DNA of 64,000 bases from Candidatus Sumerlaeaceae bacterium (GCA_049968255.1 JBMFRB010000001.1:32001-96000), one strand, 5' to 3'; shown: positions 21,301 through 31,985, counted from the stretch's first letter. A program made the numbers and translations. The notes: generated by a model not told the origin, from the letters alone.

Positions 21301-21906
21301 CGCGGATTTGTGGGCCGGCTAAAAATCTATTATTTGGGTAAGTCGGTGCGTCAGACGGATGCGCCACCTGTGAGGAAGACGCCATATGTTGAGCCAGTGG
21401 GGAGCTTTGGCGGAAAGGCGCAGCCCCCAGCCAGTGGAATAGATCTGAGAGCTTTTGCGGGACTTTGGCAGATTGTTGCCGAAGGGGAACCTTCCAAGGA
21501 AAAGGAGTTCATCGTGCTTCGCGTGGTGGATGGAAAAGTCATGGGGAAGGGAGGCACTCAAGAGGATCTTCTGGAGTTCGACAAATTCGAACAAAATCAG
21601 CTCAGAGGACGCGTGGTTCCGTCAAAGGGGACTGACGCCTTGCCCGTGACGGCATCTTTGAACAGCGATGGAACCGTGCTCACACTGAAAATAGCTCCTC
21701 CCGCCAGCGAGTTCGTGATCGTGCGAGCCATCAAAGTGCGCGACGCTGCTGAGAAAGCTGAACAGAGAAAAAAGCTTCAGCAGGAACTCAAAGAGGCTCA
21801 GGAGCTTTATCGATTGGCGATCGAAAAGGGAACGGACGAGGAGCTCAAGGAGGCTAAGCGAGCAGTGGACGAGATCGAGCGACAACTCCAACGGTTGAGG
21901 GAATGA
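15316..21906 (+). CDS. large exported multidomain protein (nucleotidyltransferase-like N-terminus, FecR-like, ConA/LamG-like and beta-propeller domains)
   Basis: 6.6-kb ORF; GGAGG RBS at about 15302 before ATG 15316; signal peptide; domain motifs described in findings. Confidence 0.85.
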   Translation: MKRRSLVLALTSFARHGWATFFLWAAVTTSSFAEAEVEAILTAYKNAATPQAKEAALKQLLNNYDAYKHQVAQKLESGAMTTEFKSLAREVDEKIVEMTQQAWRDVVRGDPDGVTHVIPVGSLGNRLTNPAYIPGKSDKDMIPMGPRATESVEKFRRAFTSRFGLPPEKLDINVLDPTNPSEWPGRVEAVANPEKYNTVGGNNWLQRDTYTRNPTVWKLDPTTGKIQESTFQSLFPKETKPAPLTTRDAAGFFSDNTRFRNELARKYNDPAELILKQSKYDLRNAAAYGLAGGKFTREEQALMEAASLARNGKLDEAVRRYAAAIGADASTEAGKQAAMKAYLEGMNSLTEKIGKTVVATHLDEIAKAGKNSKTLIAELGGVLNNLPPNVRENIVKELSNDVGRANTLRLADQVANTLAKNVFIKKAFDEAAQKLFGKPYEQLTPAEKLLVHNAGEESASSLSKFGKGAGVTLTAAAILISMQQAYASESATRGTAIGVSAGIGRGMLDLIQLGYPPLIAAELAGRAAALGVSFGIDSYKMDVLDKLYEQYKRTGNLDDVLSDAEFQKYFPGGLRVFRNELREAAAREGKTLTEEQLDRAIRDYFFNRAEIDKQQKKIEHDLAWAKAFVTNRRIPLVLGSDSDVDNAQLSEAEMEQALAGLLLRKLQFEQMLRADGVPFTKQDILSLLFITYRGTPDELAAALNQLYRNVGKSYPPGAKRSQKPKGTTQLTDGKTSAPKQLDKNAVKILHARNATVVRGPKSQQGCSPGLLLGGGGSFPEKRVDTPCDPPISLGSTEVSCGGELLVVLDVDKPVNSGWVWNSDTAVRVHYQARISGKLGQDERLGVASGSPPDGDCSITLTLPGPGKLSAYAEPPRGAGPLTTQCLGQGFNARIEMVKPFNELPALQENQLLPGDKIRTDAHPWSQAVLTTQQGERVIVSGGGNQVRLAETGRQSQQLVVESGYYGSTIRYARPKSAASKRVAEPLTIREGAHSLRPSGTDFLVAHLGVTTTVAVLEGRVDIEGDDGFTTTVAEGTRFNLQDRGGSPLTPREKNDALTMDGFPPGNLPDTPADLPSMDVGAYVDGSKIEPGWFVLDKDADAKVSAEESSDTLRFVVPPGNELNRREVSLPLLLHAVTGDFDLEGEVDVNTTATDNAMALLVAYQPGAYLGFHTEQRDAEWYAAHFVSFGGLQLVDKVWELTTFEGETRRPNFETSPSAVRLKLTRRGHLWKSYASVDHGITWHLTRRMIIDAQPTLYVGWGFQRAAYDLLAEVPAEFKLRRVRLVSGDASSLSQQEWDTNALTGAASASEEGLIATALADQKGASRVETASPLPGDFDLCAEYEILAWRNARYETTNFCFYIADVAHQNFAYIGRRAPPNEPDRFHTDLRQDGTWGRGYQWLENAEKKGMIRIRRVGKEISTYFWDRDHWERLDKGFNGGWDSPVFAGLLVANEGDQGLPGNATVRLHLVDAKQEEKVAEVPPPSSDEVTIVPAPSPVASDVQVPAGWDVAAVELPFESSTIFPAKEGGIYVVSNDRRYARLAHVAHNLQVTDALTTDLFAGINRKAGLERTERFWLLIDGWWEGGNRYSGLYQVDRRGAWFRRIESVELGDLSAMMGIGDKVLFLADFGRGGIYAYYPAEDKMTALIEGSPELRGVVSLAYDSKRDLLLAATAKSHGAEQSALCRMDLRQKPVQPRKVFLAGRESEDFVGVVWDNTTQDRDNVLVAVTAENSIWRVSLSTAKAEVVVRGIPTIAALRWSGNALWAMCTPRTLIRLTPPQISIAQSETAGVPPQDVAVGKPTSLPTQPEAPSGGRRDGVTQASPTSERPREPEPARKTPAAPPPSEPKEFVFHSPKESVRLLDSYPTSDFMLGFSLSWTKSGSVFDTIGIDAAPTGSWSVNVEPTGYLTFGVYAPQVSSAVRASNGWHVLRTAKTLSRERPVQVRIIHLPSATTQIYLENELVAEERIPAPLSGKPVYLGDYAPDAHWAPRYPTERGFVGRLKIYYLGKSVRQTDAPPVRKTPYVEPVGSFGGKAQPPASGIDLRAFAGLWQIVAEGEPSKEKEFIVLRVVDGKVMGKGGTQEDLLEFDKFEQNQLRGRVVPSKGTDALPVTASLNSDGTVLTLKIAPPASEFVIVRAIKVRDAAEKAEQRKKLQQELKEAQELYRLAIEKGTDEELKEAKRAVDEIERQLQRLRE

Positions 21907-22096
21907 CGGAGTGGTCAGCCACGACTCCCTTCCTGTTCTTCTCAAAAATTGCCACTGCTCCTTCGACTGACAGATAACAAGTTCGTTCTGTATTTAGTGA
22001 GAGCAGCCTTGTTGTGCTCACACGAACAAGCATTCTTTTTGGAAAAAGATTCGGCAATGTCCAAATGAAGTGCCGGAGAAACGTGCAGAACTTATC

Positions 22097-22630
22097 ATGA
22101 GTTTGTGGGTAACCGCGTACTTGGGACTAGGGGCAAATTTGCCTCTCACTCAAAGTCCTGACCGCACGTTGTGTCTTGCGTGTGCGCGATTGCGCTGTAC
22201 CTTTGGGGTACATCTGGCGAAAGTTTCGTCGCTCTACCGAAGCAAACCCTGGGGAGAAACCAATCAGCCCGAATTTTACAACGCGGTGGTCAGGATTGAG
22301 ACGATGCTCTCACCGCGAGAGCTGCTCGGAGCTGTGAAAAACATCGAGCGCGAGCTGGGGAGAACTCCTACATATCGGTGGGGGCCGCGGGTTATTGATA
22401 TCGACATTCTTTTGTATGGCGACAGTGAAATCGATGAGAGTGACCTCATGATTCCGCATCGCCATTTGCTGGAACGCCCCTTTGCTTATGTGCCACTTAT
22501 CGAAATTGCCCCAGAGGCCACATTGCCCGACGGGCTTCCACTCGTCCTTGCTGTAGCCAAAACTCATGCGGACAATGGGGAGCTGGAAAAACTAGGGAGC
22601 TTGGCGCGTGAGGTAGAGAAAATATGTGGG

Positions 22631-22642
<12 letters not shown>
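22097..22642 (+). CDS. folK: 2-amino-4-hydroxy-6-hydroxymethyldihydropteridine diphosphokinase
   Basis: YLGLGANL, QPEFYNAV, RWGPRVIDIDIL, IPH; ATG 22097 preferred over GTG 22070. Confidence 0.93.
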
Positions 22643-22708
<66 letters not shown>

Positions 22709-22831
22709 ACACGTTGCGTAATCGCATACAGAATTGAGAACACACTATTCGCTAGCCCTAGTGGAGACAAGGGGTGAAGAAAGCTGTAGGAAATGATGAT
22801 GTTTCTGCGGTACTTCGTGTAAGAAGGAAGT

Positions 22832-22942
22832 GTTACGCCGGGGGAGGCCGCAAGGCCTGAGAACGAGCCGGCGCAGAGACATGCCAACGGCTCGAACCCC
22901 TTGAACCTGATACGGGTAATGCCGGCGGAGGGAAGGCGTAAC
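22832..22942 (+). promoter_or_regulatory. TPP riboswitch
   Basis: P1 GTTACGCC/GGCGTAAC, GGGGAG..CTGAGA, ACCCCTTGAACCTGAT..GGTAATGCCGGCGGAGGGAA; directly upstream of thiC. Confidence 0.96.
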
Positions 22943-22986
22943 GGAATGTTCCCCCCTGGAAACCGGCCACCCCACACATTGCTTGA

Positions 22987-24906
<1,920 letters not shown>

Positions 24907-24920
24907 TGAAGGGATAAATG

Positions 24921-24958
24921 CAGAGGGCTGTCCTCACTGGACCAAGGACAGCCCTCTG
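24921..24958. terminator. 14-bp inverted repeat between convergent thiC and pilC-like genes
   Basis: CAGAGGGCTGTCCT-N10-AGGACAGCCCTCTG, followed by ATGTTTT. Confidence 0.75.
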
Positions 24959-24979
24959 ATGTTTTGCGAGAATGCTCTC

Positions 24980-26176
24980 TTACTCTGGCATGAGCGCCGG
25001 ATTGCGAACAAGGGACACATAAGGTAGGAAAACCGCCACAGCGAGGAATCCAACAGCAAGGCCCAGAAAAATGATGAGAAGAGGCTCAAGAATGGAGCTG
25101 AGCCCTTTGAGCGCCACATCCACTTCGCTATCGTAGGTATCGGCGATTTTCAACAGCATTGTGTCGAGAGCTCCCGCCTCGTCACCGACCATCACCATAT
25201 CAATGACCAGTGCGTCAAAAATTGGCGTGCTGCGCATTGGCTCATCCATTTTGCCGCCTTTTTCCACAGTATCGCGCACTTTGAGAAGCGTGCGGCGAAC
25301 GACTTCGTTGTCCGCTGTGTCTGCGGTGATGGCTAAGGCGTCAATGAGCGGGATCCCTGCAGCCGTGAGATTGCCAAGCGTGCGCGCAAAGCGCTCGACG
25401 TTGATCTTACGAATAAGGGGTCCTACCAGTGGCAGACGCAGCGCGATGGACTGGGTAAATGCGCGGCCTGCCGGTGAACGACGCACAAGCCAGCAAAGGA
25501 TAATGATGCCCACCACAATAAGTAAGACGAGCAGCCAATTCGCTGCAAACCACGAGGCAAACCCCATAAGGGCGCGCGTGATTGCTGGGAGATCCTCCGG
25601 TTTGGGATACGCTGCGACGAGTTTTGGCAGCGCATAGATCATGATGAGCGCGATGATAACGATTTCGAGCATGAGGGCAATGAGCGGATAAATCATCGCC
25701 CCGACGACGCGTCGCCGAATCTCGGCGTTGCGCTCTAACAGGTCGGCCAAGTGGCGCAACGAGATGTCGAGGATTCCGCCTGCTTCGCCCGTCCGGACCA
25801 CACTCACAAAGAGTGGCGAAAACACGCGGGGATGCTGAGCCATCGCCAAGCTCAAGGACTGCCCTTCTTCAAGCCGCCGAGCTAAATCTGCGCTAATGGC
25901 TCGCAGCTTCTTGTGAGCGCTTCGCTCTGCAAGAATTTGTAGCGACTTGACGAGCGGCACGCCGACATCAACGAGGGTAGCTAGCTGACGGCAATAGGCA
26001 GCCATTTGCCTCGCTCCGACCCCGAGAAATCCTCCCCCCGCGCGAGGGGCGCCCTTAGCAGGCGGCGCGGCGGACACAGGGCCTCTCGTCGATTCGCCCT
26101 GCTCTTTGAGCCGCTGTAGTATTTCATCCTTCAGAGATGTACTCGCATTTTTGGCTTCTTGCTTTTTCTCTGCCAT
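24980..26176 (-). CDS. type II secretion/type IV pilus platform protein (GspF/PilC)
   Basis: RQLATLVDVGVPL, GEAGGILD, AMIYP, GDEAGALD, LEP. Confidence 0.93.
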   Translation of the reverse strand: MAEKKQEAKNASTSLKDEILQRLKEQGESTRGPVSAAPPAKGAPRAGGGFLGVGARQMAAYCRQLATLVDVGVPLVKSLQILAERSAHKKLRAISADLARRLEEGQSLSLAMAQHPRVFSPLFVSVVRTGEAGGILDISLRHLADLLERNAEIRRRVVGAMIYPLIALMLEIVIIALIMIYALPKLVAAYPKPEDLPAITRALMGFASWFAANWLLVLLIVVGIIILCWLVRRSPAGRAFTQSIALRLPLVGPLIRKINVERFARTLGNLTAAGIPLIDALAITADTADNEVVRRTLLKVRDTVEKGGKMDEPMRSTPIFDALVIDMVMVGDEAGALDTMLLKIADTYDSEVDVALKGLSSILEPLLIIFLGLAVGFLAVAVFLPYVSLVRNPALMPE

Positions 26177-26245
26177 TGTTATCCCTCACTGTCTGGTCGG
26201 GTAACGACAAGGTAAGCGACACCTTACCCCGTCCATCTTCCCCGC

Positions 26246-28501
26246 CTAGAATATCGTCACCGCTTTGATCATTTCTGAAGGGGTTGTGATGCCCTTCAAA
26301 ACTTTCTCTAGACCGGCTTCGAAGAGCCGTTTTCCGAACTTGTCGGCTAGTGTGCGCAAGTCGTCTTCGCTCACACCGTCCGCAATTGCGCGCCGAATCT
26401 CCGGGCGCACTTCGATGACTTCGAAAATGCCGGTGCGTCCCTTGAATCCAGTCCGCAAGCACGAGGGGCATCCCTCCCCCCGATAGAAGCGCTTGCGCGA
26501 ATTTTCCGGCAGACCAAGCTCGGCAAGCATCCCCTTGGAGGGCGTGAATGGCTTCTTGCATTGCTCGCAGTTCTTGCGCACGAGACGCTGCGCAATGATG
26601 CCAGAGACAGCCGCAGCGATGAGGTAACGATCGATACCAAGATGCGATAGTGCACTCACCGCCCCGACCGCCGTGTTCGTGTGCAGTGTCGAGAAGACCA
26701 AATGCCCCGTGAGCGCTGCACGAATCGCTGTGGCCGCCGTATCAGAATCGCGTATCTCGCCAACCATGATAATATCTGGGTCCTGCCGCAAAGCGCTGCG
26801 CAGTCCGGCGGCAAAAGTGAGTTCTATGTTCGGATCCACCTGCACCTGTGTGATGCCCGAAAGCTGATACTCGACGGGATCCTCGATCGTTATAATGTTA
26901 ACACCTTCACGATTCACCGTTGAAAGGCAGGCATAAAGAGTTGATGTCTTTCCGCTGCCGGTGGGCCCTGTGACAAGAACAAGCCCATAGGGTCGGGCGA
27001 TGAGTCGTTCGACAGCTTTCAGTTGCTCCTCATCGAGTCCCAACTGATCAAGGCCCGTGAGCACGCGTGTGCTATCGAGCACTCGCATGACAATCGTTTC
27101 GCCATAAATGGAAGGCAAGGTGGAGATGCGAAAATCAAAAGTCCCGTTTTCGGTGTCGAGCGTGAAGTGGCCGTCTTGCGGACGCCGCCGCTCTGTTACG
27201 TTCATCGAGGCTAAAACCTTAATGCGCGATGCAACACTTAGGTGCATTTCCGCAGGAATACGTAGGATGTTATGCAAGACACCATCGATGCGGTAGCGTA
27301 CGCGCACTTCTTCGGCCTGGGGTTCAAGGTGGATATCGGTCGCACCGGCGGCAATGGCGCTTTCCATGATTTGCGTGACGAGCTGAACGGTGGAAAGATT
27401 GTCCACATAGGGCTCGGGCCGGCTGCGCCGTGGCTCCGGCGCGGCAACTGGGGCCCGCTTAGCCTCATAGCCTTCCGCCATCGGGGTTGGGCGAACTTGT
27501 TCGTCTTTCGGCATTGGGCGCACTACTCGTTTGACCGTCGGTGGTGGTAAAGTGGCCAAACGATCGCCACCTTTGGTACCGCCCAGAACTGGCAGCGCCT
27601 CGAACTTTGCCAGAAGATCCTGATGCGGACTGTAAATTGGCGACACGCGCCGATCAGTAAGAAATGCCAGGGTGTCGCAGAGCGACATATTGAAGGGATC
27701 GGCTGTTGCAATTTCGAGGACACGGTCTTGGAATGCTAACGGCAGGAAAAGCTGGCGACGCATGAAGTCCACAGGAAAACGTTCGATAAGTTCGGGCGAA
27801 ATATCGTAAGCCAGAATCTCGATCATGGGCAGCTCAACGCCTTTTTCGAGGGCTTCGAGCAGCTCATCCTGACTCAGCAGGCCAAGTTCTTCGAGTGTGC
27901 GCGACAATGGAGCTTTTGTGATGGCCCGGCTCTCGAGCGCGCGGCTGAAATCTTCTCGCGTAATGAGATTGTTGAAGACGAGAATGTCACCAGCAAGGAG
28001 CATGCGATTGTCCACCGCGAAGTCGGTAGATTTCGCCCTCACCACTTTCTCGAGCGTCTCGGGGGTAACCACTCCTTCTGCCACGAAAACGTCATACACG
28101 TTTAGGGCGTTGCGCTCGGCGCGATCGAGCGCTGCCTCGATCTGCGAGAGTTCCACCAACCCGAGCGAGAGGAGAATCTTTCCGAGCTTGGCAATATCAG
28201 GCTGATTCTGACGAAGGATATGGGCTACTTCGCCCGGATAGATTTTGACAGGTGCGCTGAGTTCCTCCTCAAGTTTGCGCGCGGCTTTGCTTCCCGGCAC
28301 AAGCGCCCGCAAATCCATGTACATGAGATCTTTGAAAGCGGCAAGGGAGACTTCCTGGTTGAGAATCTCCATGACCCCTTTCACCGTACTAAGTCCCGCC
28401 CGTTTGGCGAACCCCTCCCAGTGGGGTTCGTCGAGGACAGTGGCCTCGCGCAGCACCAAGGCGATACGAATGATTTTCTCGTTGGTTCGCAGCTCGCTCA
28501 A
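26246..28501 (-). CDS. GspE/PilB family assembly ATPase with extended MshEN-like N-terminus
   Basis: TDIHLEP, GPTGSGKT, TIEDPVE, LRQDPDIIMVGEIRD, tetracysteine motif. Confidence 0.95.
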   Translation of the reverse strand: MSELRTNEKIIRIALVLREATVLDEPHWEGFAKRAGLSTVKGVMEILNQEVSLAAFKDLMYMDLRALVPGSKAARKLEEELSAPVKIYPGEVAHILRQNQPDIAKLGKILLSLGLVELSQIEAALDRAERNALNVYDVFVAEGVVTPETLEKVVRAKSTDFAVDNRMLLAGDILVFNNLITREDFSRALESRAITKAPLSRTLEELGLLSQDELLEALEKGVELPMIEILAYDISPELIERFPVDFMRRQLFLPLAFQDRVLEIATADPFNMSLCDTLAFLTDRRVSPIYSPHQDLLAKFEALPVLGGTKGGDRLATLPPPTVKRVVRPMPKDEQVRPTPMAEGYEAKRAPVAAPEPRRSRPEPYVDNLSTVQLVTQIMESAIAAGATDIHLEPQAEEVRVRYRIDGVLHNILRIPAEMHLSVASRIKVLASMNVTERRRPQDGHFTLDTENGTFDFRISTLPSIYGETIVMRVLDSTRVLTGLDQLGLDEEQLKAVERLIARPYGLVLVTGPTGSGKTSTLYACLSTVNREGVNIITIEDPVEYQLSGITQVQVDPNIELTFAAGLRSALRQDPDIIMVGEIRDSDTAATAIRAALTGHLVFSTLHTNTAVGAVSALSHLGIDRYLIAAAVSGIIAQRLVRKNCEQCKKPFTPSKGMLAELGLPENSRKRFYRGEGCPSCLRTGFKGRTGIFEVIEVRPEIRRAIADGVSEDDLRTLADKFGKRLFEAGLEKVLKGITTPSEMIKAVTIF

Positions 28502-28956
28502 TGATTGGCCTCCCTTGATGGTTTGGCTGCATCAGCCACGAGTATAGGCGTCGCACCTGGACGGATAGCGTAAAGTGCCACTCGCCCCACGGCCACATTG
28601 CGGCGCTCAGGAACTGCCCGCAGCACCACGAATTGGGCCCCTCGCAGCGACTCATTGTTGGGAACAGCTGATTCGGTACGGGAAGCGACGATCTTCGCGG
28701 CGCCCGCAACCTCACAAATCTCCACCGCGCCCTGCGATTTCGTCACGCGCTCAAACACAGACACATCTTTTGACACCATTTCGGCAGCACTTCGCAAAAG
28801 ATGGGATAGCTCGCGCTGCGCAGCTCGATGCTTAGTGTAACGAAAGGTGAGATCAACGCTCAGCGCTAGGCCGAATACCAGAATTCCCAAGATTGCAAGA
28901 ATGCCTATGGTGGTGAGCAACACGAATGCGCGATTGGACTTTGATTTCATTATCAT
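28498..28956 (-). CDS. PilX/GspK-like minor pilin
   Basis: Basic leader KSKSNRA|FVLLTTIGILAIL lacking E5; ATGA overlaps with neighbouring genes. Confidence 0.65.
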   Translation of the reverse strand: MIMKSKSNRAFVLLTTIGILAILGILVFGLALSVDLTFRYTKHRAAQRELSHLLRSAAEMVSKDVSVFERVTKSQGAVEICEVAGAAKIVASRTESAVPNNESLRGAQFVVLRAVPERRNVAVGRVALYAIRPGATPILVADAAKPSREANH

Positions 28957-29594
28957 CGCATTTTCACCCATAACTCGGTCTCAGCGTAACGAGGCGCTCT
29001 TGCTTTCTGCGCCTCTTCGAACGTGGCCATGCCAGGTAGGCGGGGCCACACATGGACAACCACTTTGGCAAGCAGTGGCTCGGTGCTCGTGACATCCCTC
29101 CACTGTGGCGTGAAATCTTTGATCTCTTCGGCGTATGCAAACGACACTTCAGCGCAGAAAGCGTCGCTATTCGTGCCAAGAATCTGCTTCTTGGCGCCTC
29201 TGTCGTCTCCCGCTGTAAGAACAACACGGCGGCGCTCAATATCGTTGGACACATGCACGCTTCGCAGTGCGGCAGGGAGATTCCCTCTTTCTATCGCAGT
29301 GGCTAGTGCAGGCGCTTTTTCTTTTGTCTGAGCTGGCTGAAGGCCAGTGAAGATCACCTCCTCAGCTGCAAATTTTTCGCCTTTTTCCCCTGCCACACGC
29401 GACAGGAAAAGCTTCTCTATCTGCTGGGCGATGGTTTGGGCTTCGCGTGCCGCCACCAGTTGGTCGCTCACTGCATTTGTTGCTCGCACAGTCTCGATGT
29501 AGGCGTCGAGTGCCAGACCTAATATCACGACGGTGAGAGCGACCACTATGAGTGCTTCCACTAACGTGTAGGCTTTGCATTTTTTTTCTCTCAT
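28953..29594 (-). CDS. prepilin-type protein (PilW/GspJ-like)
   Basis: KKCKA|YTLVEALIVVAL prepilin motif. Confidence 0.8.
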   Translation of the reverse strand: MREKKCKAYTLVEALIVVALTVVILGLALDAYIETVRATNAVSDQLVAAREAQTIAQQIEKLFLSRVAGEKGEKFAAEEVIFTGLQPAQTKEKAPALATAIERGNLPAALRSVHVSNDIERRRVVLTAGDDRGAKKQILGTNSDAFCAEVSFAYAEEIKDFTPQWRDVTSTEPLLAKVVVHVWPRLPGMATFEEAQKARAPRYAETELWVKMR

Positions 29595-30013
29595 TGAGCA
29601 CCTCCCCTCAGCACGATGACCCCAACGGCCCTGCCCACCGGAGCACTTGCGGGGTCCTTCGTGCGAACAACAGTGACCTCGGCCACGATCGCGGACTGAT
29701 CGGCCTGCCGCTGCAATTCAGCTGCCCAGCTGAATTGGGCATCGCCTGCCCATTGACGGAAGCCTTTGGCAGGGATTCGCCCTTTGCCTCCCTGGTTGAG
29801 CGCACTTGCCACATCAGCCTTCGCACATTGGAGCAATTCCACCACGTTATTCGCAATGGCCTCTGCTTTCATTGCGCGCAATGCCACCGCCGTCCCAACG
29901 CGGGCGGACTGGAGCCCTGTGGCAATGGCGTAAAGCCCCACGGCGAGCACTCCCACCGCCACGATGATTTCGATCAAACTTGCACCACTATGTCGTTTTA
30001 GACGAGTCTTCAT
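29591..30013 (-). CDS. prepilin-type protein (PilV/GspI-like)
   Basis: KRHSG|ASLIEIIVAVGVL prepilin motif. Confidence 0.8.
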   Translation of the reverse strand: MKTRLKRHSGASLIEIIVAVGVLAVGLYAIATGLQSARVGTAVALRAMKAEAIANNVVELLQCAKADVASALNQGGKGRIPAKGFRQWAGDAQFSWAAELQRQADQSAIVAEVTVVRTKDPASAPVGRAVGVIVLRGGAQ

Positions 30014-30028
30014 CTAGCTTCACCCATT

Positions 30029-31141
30029 ATGAAAAAGAAACTCATGCGCACGATGCTCACTACCCACGGCTCCGTTCACTTGCCATTGGCGCAATCCTGT
30101 GTTTTCACCACGCTGCCGGATTCCCGATCTCAACGACGCCAGATATCAAAAAAAGTTCTTTGGGGTTTGGTCAATAGTATTTTAGCATCATTGTTTTTTT
30201 TATCTCCCTTTTTGGTCAAAGCTGATGATTCGGTTTTCGACGCTGAGGCCGTCGAGACTGTTGTGAGCTTGTTCAAAATCGGATACCTCCCGAACGATCC
30301 GGAAGCGCAGCTTCCGGTGGGTGCGATCTATGAGCTACGAGATTATTTGTTAGCCCAGCCGGAGGTGATCGCGGCAATGAAGGCGGAGGGGATTACCGAC
30401 TTGAGCCTTTTGGCCGTAGATCGCCACGAGGCCATGGTAGAGCGTATGAATCGCAACGAGTTCGATCTGGCGTTTTGCTCCGCGGTGGATTTTGTTCTTC
30501 AAAACGGCGACTACGATGCCCGATTTCAACTGCGTCGGCCGCAGGACAGTTACGATGCCAGACGCGGCCGAGTCTTCCATAGAGGGGTGATTTTCGTGAA
30601 CAATCGGAATCCGTTATTTCGCACGGCTCTTCCGCCAACAGACGTTGCGCGCACGCTCACAACAATGCCGCTAGCAATGGTGAGTCTCAGCGCCGCGGGG
30701 TATTTCTACCCCAGCCTAAAAATCGCCCATTTGGCCGGTGCTCGCGAGCTTCCGCAACAGGTGCTGCTGTGCGATTCTTCGGAGGAAGTCGTCAAGACAG
30801 TGATCAACGGTCTTGGCGAAATGGTGAGTGCCGGCGCTTGCGCCGAGGGAGCGATCGAGCAAGTGCTGGCGGAGAATGGTTTGCTCGAACAAAAGGATCA
30901 GCTCGTGCGCGTCGTGCTGGAGACAGATCCGCTGCCAGGCGAGCCCGTGGCGTTTCACCGCCGCTGGGCGCCGCGCTACAGTTCGCTCGGCCGAGCTCTT
31001 GGCGAGGCAATCCAGCGGTTTTTCTCCCAGGAGCAAGGATTGCCGCGAGTTGAGTTTTCCTCGAACGAAAGCTATCAGGATTTGCGCGCAAACATCCGGG
31101 AATTTTGGTCGCTTGTGGGGCCGCCAAAGCGCAGGCGTTGA
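30029..31141 (+). CDS. PhnD/SsuA-like periplasmic substrate-binding protein
   Basis: FKIGYLP, EFDLAF, SAAGYFYP, TDPLP; true start probably downstream (near 30167) just before the hydrophobic signal. Confidence 0.7.
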   Translation: MKKKLMRTMLTTHGSVHLPLAQSCVFTTLPDSRSQRRQISKKVLWGLVNSILASLFFLSPFLVKADDSVFDAEAVETVVSLFKIGYLPNDPEAQLPVGAIYELRDYLLAQPEVIAAMKAEGITDLSLLAVDRHEAMVERMNRNEFDLAFCSAVDFVLQNGDYDARFQLRRPQDSYDARRGRVFHRGVIFVNNRNPLFRTALPPTDVARTLTTMPLAMVSLSAAGYFYPSLKIAHLAGARELPQQVLLCDSSEEVVKTVINGLGEMVSAGACAEGAIEQVLAENGLLEQKDQLVRVVLETDPLPGEPVAFHRRWAPRYSSLGRALGEAIQRFFSQEQGLPRVEFSSNESYQDLRANIREFWSLVGPPKRRR

Positions 31142-31254
31142 GATTTGACGATTTTTTTCTGCATCCGTAAGCAAAGCGTAAGAATGCGAGGGTAATCTAC
31201 TGGCGGAAACTCTCGAATAGAGAGTCCACATTTCAAAGACGAAGGAGAAACGCC

Positions 31255-31920
31255 ATGAAGTCGTTGTCCACCCTCGCTGCAGTTTCGATTGCAGCGTTTG
31301 CCTGTGTTGCACTCCCTCACACCTCGGTGCGAGCGCAAGAGCTGTCGGCCGGCAAGAAGGAGTCGGCCGAAATGAAAGAGAAAGCCGAGCCGGCAGCCAA
31401 AGAAGCAAAAGCGGATGAGGCCGACGAGAAGGAGATCTCTCTCGATGAGGCACCAGCCGCGGTCCGCGCCGCGATTCAAAAGGAAATCGGAGCCGAGGGC
31501 AAACTCACCAAACTCGTGAAAGAGATGGATGAGGGCAAGGAAGCCTATGAAGCCGATTTCATGAAGCAAGGCATCGAGTGCTCGGTAAAAGTTGCGCCTG
31601 ACGGCTCTGTTGTGGAAATTGAAAAAAAGGTTAGCGTCGATTCGCTGCCGGCTGCGGTAAAATCCGCGCTAAAGAAAGAAATCGGCGACGCCAAAGTGAA
31701 AGAAGCTTTGGCGGTCACCCTCCACACGTACGAGTTCGAGATCGAGAAAGACGGGAAAACCCAAGAAGTGAAGGTAGACCCGCTCGGAAATGTTGAACTC
31801 GAGGATGAATCGGCCAAAGAAGAGAAAGAACAATCTGAAGAGAAGGCCGAGAAGAAGGAAATGAAGGTCGAGAAGAAGAGTTCGACCGAACAAGGCGAAA
31901 AGTCGGAAGAAAAAGACTAA
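31255..31920 (+). CDS. exported PepSY-like (BLIP-like) repeat protein
   Basis: Signal peptide, two 'L..PAAV+.A..KEIG...YE....K.G....VKV.P.G' repeats, E/K-rich tails; AAGGAG RBS. Confidence 0.8.
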   Translation: MKSLSTLAAVSIAAFACVALPHTSVRAQELSAGKKESAEMKEKAEPAAKEAKADEADEKEISLDEAPAAVRAAIQKEIGAEGKLTKLVKEMDEGKEAYEADFMKQGIECSVKVAPDGSVVEIEKKVSVDSLPAAVKSALKKEIGDAKVKEALAVTLHTYEFEIEKDGKTQEVKVDPLGNVELEDESAKEEKEQSEEKAEKKEMKVEKKSSTEQGEKSEEKD

Positions 31921-31934
31921 CCTTCACAACTCTT

Positions 31935-31985
31935 GGGGACGCTCCAAGGCTGATGAAAAATAGGTTTGGGAGCGTCCCCTTCTTT
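31935..31985 (+). terminator. rho-independent terminator
   Basis: GGGGACGCTCC/GGAGCGTCCCC stem followed by TTCTTT. Confidence 0.7.
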
